Source: an uncultured Acidimicrobiia bacterium
Lineage (GTDB): Bacteria > Actinomycetota > Acidimicrobiia > Spongiisociales > ZC4RG35
DNA: 64,000 bases
Direction: 5' to 3'
NCBI GenBank assembly: GCA_964195235.1
Contig: CAXMOW010000003.1
Location: 16,773-80,772 of the forward strand
Shown here: piece after piece, positions 55,756 to 64,000 of the stretch
How the letters are laid out: the number at the start of each line of letters is the position of its first letter
Numbering within the stretch: position 1 is the first letter of the stretch
The notes under the pieces: generated by a model
Told to the model about the DNA's origin: nothing
Database searches by the model: none
The model's input: only the letters and a program-made list of their open reading frames with translations
Position numbers and translations under genes: made by a program

Positions 55756-56801
55756 GGCTGCAACAGGTAGAACGCCGAGAAGCGGTTTGAGATCTCGTCA
55801 AGGCGCTCGAAGGTGGTGAAACCGGCATCGGTGGCGTAATCCTTCGCCGTCTCCTCGCCCCATGCGGTGCCTAGACCAGCTCCGTTGGAGGCCAGGGACT
55901 GTGTCATGCAGAAAAGCGTCGAAATCCCATAAAGCAATGCACCACGGTCGGTCAGGTTGTTCTCCAGATGAGAGCTGGCATTGGGTTCCATCATCAGGTA
56001 CGACCCATCAGGTCGCAATGCCTCCTTGATTCTCGTGAGTCCGGCCATGGGATCGGCAAGGTCGTGGATCACGTCGAAGGTCGTGATCAGGTCGAATCCG
56101 GGTTCTGTGGGTATTTCCTCGGCCGTGTACCCATGAAACTCGACATTCGGTATGTCTTCAGACCGACTCCGCGCCACGGAGACCGAGTCTCCCGAAACGT
56201 CATAGCCGACGACCTCAGAATTGGGGTATGCCTTGGCCATCAGAATGGCGGCGGTCCCCGACCCGCTGCCGACGTCGGCCACCCGAATCCCATGCTCCAG
56301 TCGGTCGGCCATCCCGGAAATGGCCGGCAACCACCTGGAAGTGAGGAACGTATTCTGCGACGGTGCATTTCCCCGGTCGATTCCTCGAATGACCGTCCGC
56401 CCGAACTCCTCGAAACCAACACCTCCACCGTGCACAGTGGCACCAGCGACCCCTTCTATTTGGCTCATGATCGATGGCAGCATGTCGAGCCATCCGCCCA
56501 TGAAGTAGGGGCTGGCATCGTCGGCCAGGAAGAGAGCGTGTTCCGGGGGAAGGGTGAACACCGATGTTGACGGTTCGTATTCGACCACACCGGCTGCTGC
56601 CAAGCCGGAAAGGAGTTCCGTCACATATCGCGTATCGAGTCGTGCACCTTCGGCGATCTCAGAAGCTGTGCCACTCTCGTGTTCGCCCAAGTATGCGCTG
56701 AGCCCCGATCGGTCAGCCACGGCCAGGAGGCCCAAAGTCGTGGTGCCGGACAGAATGCTTGTGAACTTCTCCAGGAATGCCTCGATGCGGTCACGGTCCA
56801 A
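55752..56801 (-). CDS. Class I SAM-dependent methyltransferase with an N-terminal wHTH-like domain (Rv2258c-like)
   Basis: SAM motif I VADVGSGSGTAAILMAKAYP..VVGYDVS. It has an ATGA-type 4-nt overlap with hutF and starts 10 nt after hutI. Confidence 0.8.
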   Translation of the reverse strand: MDRDRIEAFLEKFTSILSGTTTLGLLAVADRSGLSAYLGEHESGTASEIAEGARLDTRYVTELLSGLAAAGVVEYEPSTSVFTLPPEHALFLADDASPYFMGGWLDMLPSIMSQIEGVAGATVHGGGVGFEEFGRTVIRGIDRGNAPSQNTFLTSRWLPAISGMADRLEHGIRVADVGSGSGTAAILMAKAYPNSEVVGYDVSGDSVSVARSRSEDIPNVEFHGYTAEEIPTEPGFDLITTFDVIHDLADPMAGLTRIKEALRPDGSYLMMEPNASSHLENNLTDRGALLYGISTLFCMTQSLASNGAGLGTAWGEETAKDYATDAGFTTFERLDEISNRFSAFYLLQP

Positions 56802-56811
56802 GCCGAACTCC

Positions 56812-58029
56812 TCAATAGTGGGACGATGTATTCAAGTCTCCACCACTGACGATGACGCCTTCTTTGATGGTTGTTGCGACGAGAGTGGTAGCGGGGCGGT
56901 AGGGAATATGCGCTGGCGTAGGCGCGTCAATTACAACAAGGTCGGCGGCTGAGCCGGGACTGATCATCCCTCGATCTTCGAGGCCTAGCGACACGGCGCC
57001 ACCTCTGGTGGCGGACCACAGTGCTTCTTCAACGGTGAGCCCCATTTGGACCACGGCGAGAGAGACGACCAAGCTCATTGTCTCCAAGTAAGAAGTTCCC
57101 GGGTTGCAGTCTGTCGCAAGTGCCACGGTGCAGCCGGCATCCCAGAGCATTCTCCCCGAAGGTTGAGGCGTGTTCAGCGTGTAGGCAGCGCCCGGAACCA
57201 ACACCGCCGGCACACCAGAATCGGTCAAGGAGACTGCATCATCGGGAGTCACATGGTCGAGATGATCCGCCGAGGCGGCTCCGATCTCCGCAGCGAGTGC
57301 AGCTCCACCGAGATGACTCAATTGCTCGGCGTGCACACGAGCGGCCATGCCGTGGGCATCGGCCGCGGCGAAGACCTTTCGCGCCTCGTCGACTGAGAAG
57401 ACATTCTCTTCCACAAATACGTCGCAGTAGTCGGCAAGGTCCGCAGCCGCGGGGAGCATCTCAGTTACGAGGAGGTCGATGTAGTCCTCTCGATCGTTTG
57501 TGTATTCGGGAGGGATTGAATGAGCACCAAGGAATGTCGTTTTCACAGTTACGGGAAGCTCATCACCGATCCGTTTTGCCACTCGGAGCAACCGAAGTTC
57601 GGTCTCGAGATTGAGCCCGTAGCCCGACTTGATCTCGAGTGATGTGGTTCCTCCTCGGATCATGGTCCACACCCGAGTAGCCGCCAGGTCGAATAGCTCG
57701 TCCTCTGAGGTCGCTCGGGTCGCTTTCACCGTTGCCAGAATCCCTCCACCTGCTGCCGCGATGTCGGAGTAGGCCTCGCCTTGCAGCCGTCGGGCAAACT
57801 CCCCGGACCGGTCGCCGGCGAACACCAAGTGGGTATGGGAGTCAACGAAACCCGGGATAACGGCACGGCCGCCGCAGTCCATCAATCGTCGCCCACTTTG
57901 TCCGGGGGCGTCTTTCGAGGCGCCGGCGTAGACGATCAGGCCATTGTCGATGACAACAATCGCATCAGTGATGGAGGCGCCGACATTGGTGGTCAAGTCA
58001 CCGATTCCGGTGAGGAACAGATCACTCAT
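56812..58029 (-). CDS. hutI: Imidazolonepropionase
   Basis: PGFVDSHTHLVFAGDR..EF, and GGTTSLEIKSGYGL. Confidence 0.9.
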   Translation of the reverse strand: MSDLFLTGIGDLTTNVGASITDAIVVIDNGLIVYAGASKDAPGQSGRRLMDCGGRAVIPGFVDSHTHLVFAGDRSGEFARRLQGEAYSDIAAAGGGILATVKATRATSEDELFDLAATRVWTMIRGGTTSLEIKSGYGLNLETELRLLRVAKRIGDELPVTVKTTFLGAHSIPPEYTNDREDYIDLLVTEMLPAAADLADYCDVFVEENVFSVDEARKVFAAADAHGMAARVHAEQLSHLGGAALAAEIGAASADHLDHVTPDDAVSLTDSGVPAVLVPGAAYTLNTPQPSGRMLWDAGCTVALATDCNPGTSYLETMSLVVSLAVVQMGLTVEEALWSATRGGAVSLGLEDRGMISPGSAADLVVIDAPTPAHIPYRPATTLVATTIKEGVIVSGGDLNTSSHY

Positions 58030-59525
58030 CAGACACCGAATGCGCCCTCCGCGATCAGATTCGCTATCGCCTCGATGTCATCAGCCGGCGACCTGTCTTC
58101 AACCAACGGTGGCACATGGTCCCTGATCGTGGCTGCTGCGCGTGCTGTTCCGGCAGCAGGAAGGAGAGGTGCGCGATGTTGAATTCCCTGAGCAGCACAC
58201 ATCATTTCGATCGCGATCACTCTGCGAACATTGTCGAGAACTTCGAGGAGCTTCTTGCCTGCGCCCCAACCCATCGACACATGATCCTCTTGGCTGCCCG
58301 ACGTTGGTATCGACTCGACTGATGCCGGGTGGGCGAGGACCTTGTTCTCGGCAACCAACGCCGCCTGAACGTATTGACAGATCATGTAGCCGGAGTTGAC
58401 GCCGGGGTCTGGTGCGAGGAAGGCGGGGAGGCCTTGTGACCTTGCCGGATCGAGGATCCGATCGGTGCGACGTTCTGAGATCGAGGCCAGCTCGGAAACA
58501 GCGATTGTGGCGTAGTCCAATGAGAAAGCGAGCGGCTGGCCATGGAAGTTTCCGCCAGACAAGACCTCCCCGGATTCCGGAAAAACAATTGGGTTGTCCA
58601 CCACGGACGCCATTTCCCGAGTGAGCACCACCTCCAGGTAGTCGAGGGTGTCGGCAACGGCTCCATGCACCTGGGCGGCACATCTCAGGGAGTAGGCGTC
58701 CTGGACCGCGTGGCTGAAGTCATCCTTGTGGCTTTCAACGATCTCGGATCCGGCGAGTAGCCCGGCGATGTGGTGAGCAGACTCCACCTGACCGGGATGA
58801 GGCCGCAGTGCGTGGATTTCCGGTCGGAACGGTGTGACGCTCCCGAGAATCGCCTCAACGGTGAGGGCAACAGCAACATCCGCCGCTTCCACCAGTAGGC
58901 GTGCCTTTCCGAGAGCCAGGGCACCCATCGCTGTCATGCCTTCGGTTCCGTTCAGGAGCGACAGGCCTTCTTTGGTTTGCAATTCAATCGACTCAAGACC
59001 GGAATCCGCGCTAGGCATGGTGACGCCGTTGACACGGACGTTGCCCTCTCCGATCAGCGGCAAGGCGAGGTGGGCGAACGGAGCAAGGTCTCCTGATGCC
59101 CCCACCGAGCCCTGTGACGGGACAACGGGGAGAATGTCCCGTTGGAGCATTTCGACCAGTTTCTGGACAATGACAGGTCGTACACCGGAATAACCCTGGG
59201 CGAGTGTGCGGGCTCTGAGCAGGAGCATCGCTCTCACCAGTTCGTCAGGGAGTGGGACGCCTACGCCGGCGCTGTGAGATCGAAGCAGGTTGTACTGGAG
59301 AGCTTCACCCTGCTCGCGACCGATGTGGGTCGAGGCGAGAGCTCCAAAACCAGTTGTGATCCCATAGATAACCTCACCCGACTCGACCGCCTCGTCGACG
59401 ATTCTTCGCGCGGGCGCGAGACGCTGCGCTAAGTCGTCCGAAACGGCGACTTTCAACCGTCGATGAGCAACTTCGACCACTTGTTGTGGGGTGAGCGGTT
59501 CCCCGTTGATGATGACGGTGTTCAC
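58029..59525 (-). CDS. hutH: Histidine ammonia-lyase
   Basis: MIO motif GSVGASGDLAPFAHL and GITTGFGALAS. A GTG start at 59525 (VNTVIINGEPLT) was chosen. The ORF extension to 59903 overlaps the divergent thioesterase gene and was rejected. Confidence 0.9.
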   Translation of the reverse strand: MNTVIINGEPLTPQQVVEVAHRRLKVAVSDDLAQRLAPARRIVDEAVESGEVIYGITTGFGALASTHIGREQGEALQYNLLRSHSAGVGVPLPDELVRAMLLLRARTLAQGYSGVRPVIVQKLVEMLQRDILPVVPSQGSVGASGDLAPFAHLALPLIGEGNVRVNGVTMPSADSGLESIELQTKEGLSLLNGTEGMTAMGALALGKARLLVEAADVAVALTVEAILGSVTPFRPEIHALRPHPGQVESAHHIAGLLAGSEIVESHKDDFSHAVQDAYSLRCAAQVHGAVADTLDYLEVVLTREMASVVDNPIVFPESGEVLSGGNFHGQPLAFSLDYATIAVSELASISERRTDRILDPARSQGLPAFLAPDPGVNSGYMICQYVQAALVAENKVLAHPASVESIPTSGSQEDHVSMGWGAGKKLLEVLDNVRRVIAIEMMCAAQGIQHRAPLLPAAGTARAAATIRDHVPPLVEDRSPADDIEAIANLIAEGAFGV

Positions 59526-59562
59526 GGCGCCGGACGCTAGCCGTTGATGTAAGAATCCCGGG

Positions 59563-59973
59563 ATGCCCACAACACAGAAGATCAGATATTCGGACTGTGA
59601 CCCACAGGGGATTGTCTTCAACGCCAACTTTCCGCGGTATTGGGACGATGCTTTGACAGATTGGTATGAGGAGTCCGGTTTTGCCGGCCAGGAGCTTGGT
59701 GGCAATGGGGTGGACATTCTGACGGCCCGCATTGAAATCGACTTCAAGGCATCGGCGACTCTTGGCGACACTCTGGAGACGACCATTGCGGTTGAGAAGT
59801 GGGGCACCACTTCGATGACGATCGCCATCGAGACCAGACGACTCTCCGACCAGGTGCTGTGTGTGCAGGGGCGAGAAGTGATCGTGTATGTCGACCCAGA
59901 CAATTATCGACCTGTGCAGGTACCAGACTTCATCAAAGAAGGGCTTGCTGGGAATCTGAACGGCGTCGGGTAG
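59563..59973 (+). CDS. Acyl-CoA thioesterase, hotdog fold (4HBT/YbgC-like)
   Basis: IRYSDCDPQGIVFNANF is the N-terminal pattern of the YbgC/4HBT family. 136 aa. Confidence 0.75.
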   Translation: MPTTQKIRYSDCDPQGIVFNANFPRYWDDALTDWYEESGFAGQELGGNGVDILTARIEIDFKASATLGDTLETTIAVEKWGTTSMTIAIETRRLSDQVLCVQGREVIVYVDPDNYRPVQVPDFIKEGLAGNLNGVG

Positions 59974-59986
59974 CGTTTAGTCATCT

Positions 59987-60385
59987 ATGGACGACCTCAC
60001 ACATCTGCTGTCAGAGCCTGGGACATCGCTTGCGATTGTGGGTGCTACCGATCGTCAAACCAAGTACGGCAGCATCATCTATCGCGACATGAAGTCGAAG
60101 GGGTTCCCAGTGTTCGCCGTCAACCCTTATCGCAGCACTGTCGACGGTGACCCTTGTTGGGCGAAGGTGACCGATCTGCCCACAGAGCCCACCATCGTTG
60201 TTCTTGTTGTTCCAGCTAAACGGGGTATCGGAGTGCTCGCAGATTGCGCTGAGGCTGGGATCCGCAACATCTGGATCCAACCGGGAGCCTTCTCCACAGA
60301 GATGAAAGACGTACTCGAGGCCGGCGACTTTGAGTGGCTGGCCGAAGCCTGCGTGATGGTCCGGGCCCGCACCGCCGCCGTCTGA
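59987..60385 (+). CDS. CoA-binding domain protein (YccU-like)
   Basis: LAIVGATDRQTKYGSIIYRDMKSKGFPVFAVNP..VVLVVPA..IWIQPG. Confidence 0.75.
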   Translation: MDDLTHLLSEPGTSLAIVGATDRQTKYGSIIYRDMKSKGFPVFAVNPYRSTVDGDPCWAKVTDLPTEPTIVVLVVPAKRGIGVLADCAEAGIRNIWIQPGAFSTEMKDVLEAGDFEWLAEACVMVRARTAAV

Positions 60386-60387
60386 GG

Positions 60388-61494
60388 TCAGATACGTCCG
60401 CGGAAGAGTTCTCTGGCGATGATGTTGCGTTGTATCTCCGAGGTACCTTCGTAGATCCTCGGGGCGCGCACTTCCTTGTAGAGGTGGGCCAACGTCGAAT
60501 CTGATTCCAATCCCCGGGCACCCAAGACCTGAATCGCGACGTCAACCGCAAGTTGCGCTGTTTCCGTCGCGTGAAGCTTCGCCATGGCAGCCTTGCCGGT
60601 GAGCGAATCCCGATCGCCGGAGTCGTATGCATCGGCGGCCGCGTAGACAAGGTGCTCTGATGCCTCGATGGCCATTCGGACATCAGCCAGCTGGTGGGAG
60701 ACCCCCTGGAACTCGGCGAGTGGCGATCCGAAGGCCTCGCGACTTACAGCGTGTTCCACAGCGATTTTGAGGGCGGCCTCAGCCATCCCAATTGCAAAGG
60801 CGCCAACGCTGGGTCGGAACATGTCGAGCGTCTGCATGGCGACCACAAATCCTTGGTCAACCACACCGAGGATGTGGTCGGGTTCGACTAAGACCCCGTC
60901 GAAGACCCACCCTCCGAGCGGGTGTGGCGAGATCATGTCAAGTGTGACTGGCGTTAGGCCGGCGCTGTCGGTGGGGACAACAAATGCAGTGACACCCCTC
61001 GCACCCGCCCCTTCGGTCGTACGAGCAAACACGGTGGCCACATCGGCGCCAGGCGCGTTGGAGATATACCGCTTCTCGCCTGTCAGTCGGTACCCCTCGC
61101 CATCGGGTTCTGCTTTCATCGTCAGATTGGCCGCGTCCGAACCCGCTCCCGGTTCTGTCAGTGCAAATGCCGCCAGAGCCTCACCGCTTCGAAACGCCGG
61201 CACCCAACGCTCTCGAACGGCTGCGGTCCCATTGAGATGGATCGGGCTTCCTCCAAGACCCTGGACCGCAAGAGCCGTCTCAGCCTCGGTGCACACCCGC
61301 GCCAACCCCTGACGCATTTGGCAGAGTTCGGCGGCGGCGATGTCCTCGGACCCGAAAAGCCGGTCAAACATCCCGGCGCCTGCAAGAGCGGCAACAAGGT
61401 CCCGGTTGATGTGGCCCGGAGTCCCACTCTCTGCCACCGGCACCAGTGCTTGCCCCAGCCGTTCCGATTCTTCAATGAGGAGGCGTGTCCTCAT
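60388..61494 (-). CDS. Acyl-CoA dehydrogenase
   Basis: FALTEPGAGSD, YISNAP, and C-terminal RIYEGTSEIQRNIIAREL. Confidence 0.9.
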   Translation of the reverse strand: MRTRLLIEESERLGQALVPVAESGTPGHINRDLVAALAGAGMFDRLFGSEDIAAAELCQMRQGLARVCTEAETALAVQGLGGSPIHLNGTAAVRERWVPAFRSGEALAAFALTEPGAGSDAANLTMKAEPDGEGYRLTGEKRYISNAPGADVATVFARTTEGAGARGVTAFVVPTDSAGLTPVTLDMISPHPLGGWVFDGVLVEPDHILGVVDQGFVVAMQTLDMFRPSVGAFAIGMAEAALKIAVEHAVSREAFGSPLAEFQGVSHQLADVRMAIEASEHLVYAAADAYDSGDRDSLTGKAAMAKLHATETAQLAVDVAIQVLGARGLESDSTLAHLYKEVRAPRIYEGTSEIQRNIIARELFRGRI

Positions 61495-61500
61495 GACAGG

Positions 61501-61875
61501 TCAGCTCGAGCTACGGAGTTGAGTGAGAATCTCCTTGAGACGTGCTTCGACTTCTTCGACCCCGTTGCCGGCATCGATGGCGTTGTTGATGCCCATGGCA
61601 AGCTCGCCCCAGACTGCGTCGTCCCCCACTGACGAACCCGACAGCCGCTCGTCGTGTAGGTGGTCGCGTACTTGTGCGAGTCGGTTGTAGGCGGCCTTTA
61701 ACGCAGCGGCATCGTGGAGCTCCTTGTCGTCAACCATCCGGTGCGACAGTTGTCGCAACTCGTTCTGACGATCTTTGAGCCGGGATCGCCGGTCGTAGGC
61801 GTCCGCGGGCAACTCCAAGAGTTCATCGTGAATGTCGGCAAGCTCTTGTCTGACCTGATCAAGCGTCGGTTCCAT
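61501..61875 (-). CDS. Hypothetical helical (coiled-coil-like) protein
   Basis: The ORF was trimmed to the Met at 61875 so that it does not overlap the divergent crotonase gene. No family recognised. Confidence 0.4.
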   Translation of the reverse strand: MEPTLDQVRQELADIHDELLELPADAYDRRSRLKDRQNELRQLSHRMVDDKELHDAAALKAAYNRLAQVRDHLHDERLSGSSVGDDAVWGELAMGINNAIDAGNGVEEVEARLKEILTQLRSSS

Positions 61876-61933
61876 GCCTCTGAAGATAACGGCTGCTCGG
61901 CGATGATGCCGATCGGCGGTACTCTCCGTCGCC

Positions 61934-62761
61934 GTGAGTCCCTTTAGATCATCCGCCGGCTTCACCGATAGTTGGGACCACTTCTCGTTCGAGGTGGACG
62001 ACGGGGTAGCAACTGTCACCTTTGATCGGCCTGACAAACTCAACGCCCTTACCTTCGATGTCTACGCCGATCTGAGAGATCTGGTCGCGGAAATCGAGCA
62101 TCGTGACGACGTGAGCGTGCTTGTCATAACCGGCTCGGGAAGGGGCTTTTGCTCGGGTGGTGATGTCAACGAGATCATCGGTCAACTCGTCGAGATGGAC
62201 ACGAAGGGGCTGCTCGAATTCACCAGGATGACGGGTGCTGTTGTGGAGAACCTACGACGACTCCCCATGCCGGTCATTGCGTCGATCAACGGCGTTGCAG
62301 CTGGTGCAGGATCGGTGATCGCCTTGGCGGCCGACCTACGGCTGATGGCGGAATCCGCGTCATTCCATTTCCTGTTTACGAAGGTTGGGCTCGCTGGGGC
62401 CGACATGGGCTCGGCTTACCTCCTCCCCAGAGTGATCGGCCTCGGTCGAGCTAGCGAACTGCTGCTTCTTGGCGAGAAGGTTGATGCCAAAAGGGCTGAG
62501 GCGATAGGTCTGGCAACGTCGGTTGTGAGCGATGAGAAGCTTGCGGTCAATACGGCGACTTTGGCTCGAAGACTGGCCGAGGGCCCAACTTTGGCCTACG
62601 GAACAACCAAGGTGCTCCTCGGCCGTGAGATGGACATGGACTTCGGTTCTTCGATCGAGTTGGAGGCGCTTACCCAGGCCTTGCTGATGACCACTGAAGA
62701 TCACGCCGAGTTCTTCAAGGCCTTCACCGAGAAGCGTGCACCCGAGTGGAAGGGACGATGA
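61934..62761 (+). CDS. Enoyl-CoA hydratase/isomerase (crotonase) family protein
   Basis: VATVTFDRPDKLNAL..ITGSGRGFCSGGDV..INGVAAGAG. GTG start. Confidence 0.85.
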   Translation: MSPFRSSAGFTDSWDHFSFEVDDGVATVTFDRPDKLNALTFDVYADLRDLVAEIEHRDDVSVLVITGSGRGFCSGGDVNEIIGQLVEMDTKGLLEFTRMTGAVVENLRRLPMPVIASINGVAAGAGSVIALAADLRLMAESASFHFLFTKVGLAGADMGSAYLLPRVIGLGRASELLLLGEKVDAKRAEAIGLATSVVSDEKLAVNTATLARRLAEGPTLAYGTTKVLLGREMDMDFGSSIELEALTQALLMTTEDHAEFFKAFTEKRAPEWKGR

Positions 62762-63186
62762 CCAGACACAACCTCTTCAACCCTGAGGGGATGCCACCCG
62801 CATCGGGGTTTTCCTACGGTGCGATTTCCGCTGAAGGTCGACTGCTTCACATTGCCGGCCTCACCGGTCATGGGGCCGACGAGAGCATCGCCGACAGCAT
62901 CGTCGAACAGTTTTCCCAGGCTTGTCGCAGTGTTGCGAAAGTCATCGAGGGGGCAGGCGGGGAGCCTTCCGACCTGGTCTCGATGACTATTTACACCTCT
63001 AAGACCGACGAATACCGCTCCCATCTCAAAGAGATCGGAGCGAGGTATAGGGAGGTTTTTGGGAAGCACTATCCACCGATGGCGCTATTGGGAATCAGTG
63101 AGTTGTTTGATCCGAGCGCAAAGGTGGAGTTGGTATGCGTCGCAGTGGTTCCGGAGGATGCTCCGCCAACTAGTCATCGAGGATGA
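62758..63186 (+). CDS. RidA/YjgF family protein
   Basis: About 140 aa (PASGFSYGAI..LHIAGLTG..VELVCVAV). ATGA overlap with the crotonase gene. Confidence 0.85.
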   Translation: MTRHNLFNPEGMPPASGFSYGAISAEGRLLHIAGLTGHGADESIADSIVEQFSQACRSVAKVIEGAGGEPSDLVSMTIYTSKTDEYRSHLKEIGARYREVFGKHYPPMALLGISELFDPSAKVELVCVAVVPEDAPPTSHRG

Positions 63187-63937
63187 CGACAGTCTCCTCA
63201 TAGCGACGGATGCGGCCTGACTGGGCGCGAGCGGCCAGCATTGACTCCAGGGCCTTTTGCTTGTCCTCGATGGTGTCGGGTGAACGCAGCAACTCGAGAT
63301 CGAGATTGAGACGTAGGGCGCGTTCCGGCACCAGAAACCTGGTTATCCCGGCGGGCAAGAGGTCGTCGCTGACCGCTGCCTCCATCACGTCTTCAACAGA
63401 GAGAGTTGGGAACTCGATGACAGTTGCCCAAGTCGGAAACTTCCACGGCACTGTCTCGTCCCGCGGGTTGGTGACTCTGCTCACCGTTCGACGACCGCTG
63501 TAGCTGTGAACCAATGCAGTTAGGGCTGCATTGGCAGTCACGCCGTTGCCACTGACGGTGTAGACAGCACCGCTGGACATGTGAAGGGCGGGATTGGCCG
63601 ACCCTTCTGAGACCGATAGTTCTTCGGCTGCTCGGATGTCGCCAAGGATCTCCTGCTCGGTGCATTTTCTGACGACGTGGTGCCAGGTTTCCAGGTTGAC
63701 CCGTTGGGGATCTACGACCTGAACCACCGCACAATCAAATCTGAGTCGACGCAGTGCCTCGGTGCGGGTAGCCCCGTCGAGCAGTACCAGCTCCCCGCTG
63801 GGGGCTTCGGAGCACATCATCGGGTTGACCTGGATCCCGTCCTCACTGATCCGGTCGACTAGACGCTCTACACGGAGCGGGTCGACTTCCTCATGGGCGC
63901 GAATCCGCGACAGAGGAACCACACGCAGCACGGGCAT
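63170..63937 (-). CDS. ParB/Srx-fold domain protein of unknown function
   Basis: The N-terminus (LRVVPLSRIRAHEEVDPLRVERLVDRISEDGIQVNPMM..VLLDGATRTEALRRL) follows the ParB-N/SbnI/SerK pattern. The rest is unrecognised. The start is 63937 or 63982, close to the window edge. Confidence 0.5.
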   Translation of the reverse strand: MPVLRVVPLSRIRAHEEVDPLRVERLVDRISEDGIQVNPMMCSEAPSGELVLLDGATRTEALRRLRFDCAVVQVVDPQRVNLETWHHVVRKCTEQEILGDIRAAEELSVSEGSANPALHMSSGAVYTVSGNGVTANAALTALVHSYSGRRTVSRVTNPRDETVPWKFPTWATVIEFPTLSVEDVMEAAVSDDLLPAGITRFLVPERALRLNLDLELLRSPDTIEDKQKALESMLAARAQSGRIRRYEETVVILDD

Positions 63938-64000
63938 CTGAGACACGGCGTCATTGTGCCGTAATCGCCCTGACTTATCCACAGATCTCGTCAGGGAATG

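Overview
This window looks like core chromosome of a fairly high-GC actinobacterium. That is inferred from gene content: a 14-subunit-type nuo operon, an LCP protein, GuaB3, a TIGR03083/DinB-type protein and actinobacterial-size Tal. I cannot assign a genus. Genes are tightly packed, with many ATGA/TGATG start-stop overlaps. In order, the window holds:

- **1-9822:** the distal part of a canonical complex I operon, nuoG (cut by the window edge) then HIJKLMN, followed by a secreted beta-helix/TM protein overlapping nuoN.
- **11016-12548:** divergent thioredoxin and moaA.
- **12599-16904 (-):** an Fe(III)-type ABC importer operon.
- **16991-19640:** a DUF402 gene, a DUF559/AbiEi-like endonuclease gene bracketed by 37-bp direct repeats, and an AlkP-family gene.
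- **19727-29900:** a second, divergent 11-gene nuoABCDHIJKLMN operon with no nuoEFG.
- **29990-34559:** GNAT, NUDIX, LCP, a Moco-oxidoreductase::pentapeptide fusion, and trpS.
- **34649-36952:** a four-gene ECF sigma module with a duplicated membrane domain.
- **37049-47796:** a CPBP protease, guaB3-guaA, an orphan CheA-REC hybrid kinase plus a second histidine kinase, pcrA, a membrane protein and tal.
- **47937-50481:** a stand-alone B12-binding (MCM C-terminal) gene coupled to sucCD.
- **50468-54491:** a DinB-like gene, lemA-DUF2207, and a VanY-like peptidase.
- **54481-59525 (-):** a hutH-hutI-methyltransferase-hutF operon.
- **59563-63937:** an acyl-CoA metabolism cluster, and a ParB/Srx-like gene at the window edge.

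I saw no rRNA, tRNA, CRISPR array or classical IS/transposase. I also found no obvious multi-gene defence system. The signals most worth a second look are non-coding or architectural:

1. The single-gene DUF559 insertion with a reconstructable empty site.
2. A 44-nt 3'-of-gene motif present twice, with a compensatory change in its hairpin.
3. A 47-nt perfect palindrome (about 81 nt imperfect) in the tal / B12-domain divergent spacer.
4. A membrane module found both alone and fused to an anti-sigma-like protein around an ECF sigma gene.
5. The EFG-less second nuo operon.

All functional calls come from motif and family recognition by eye. No database search was run.
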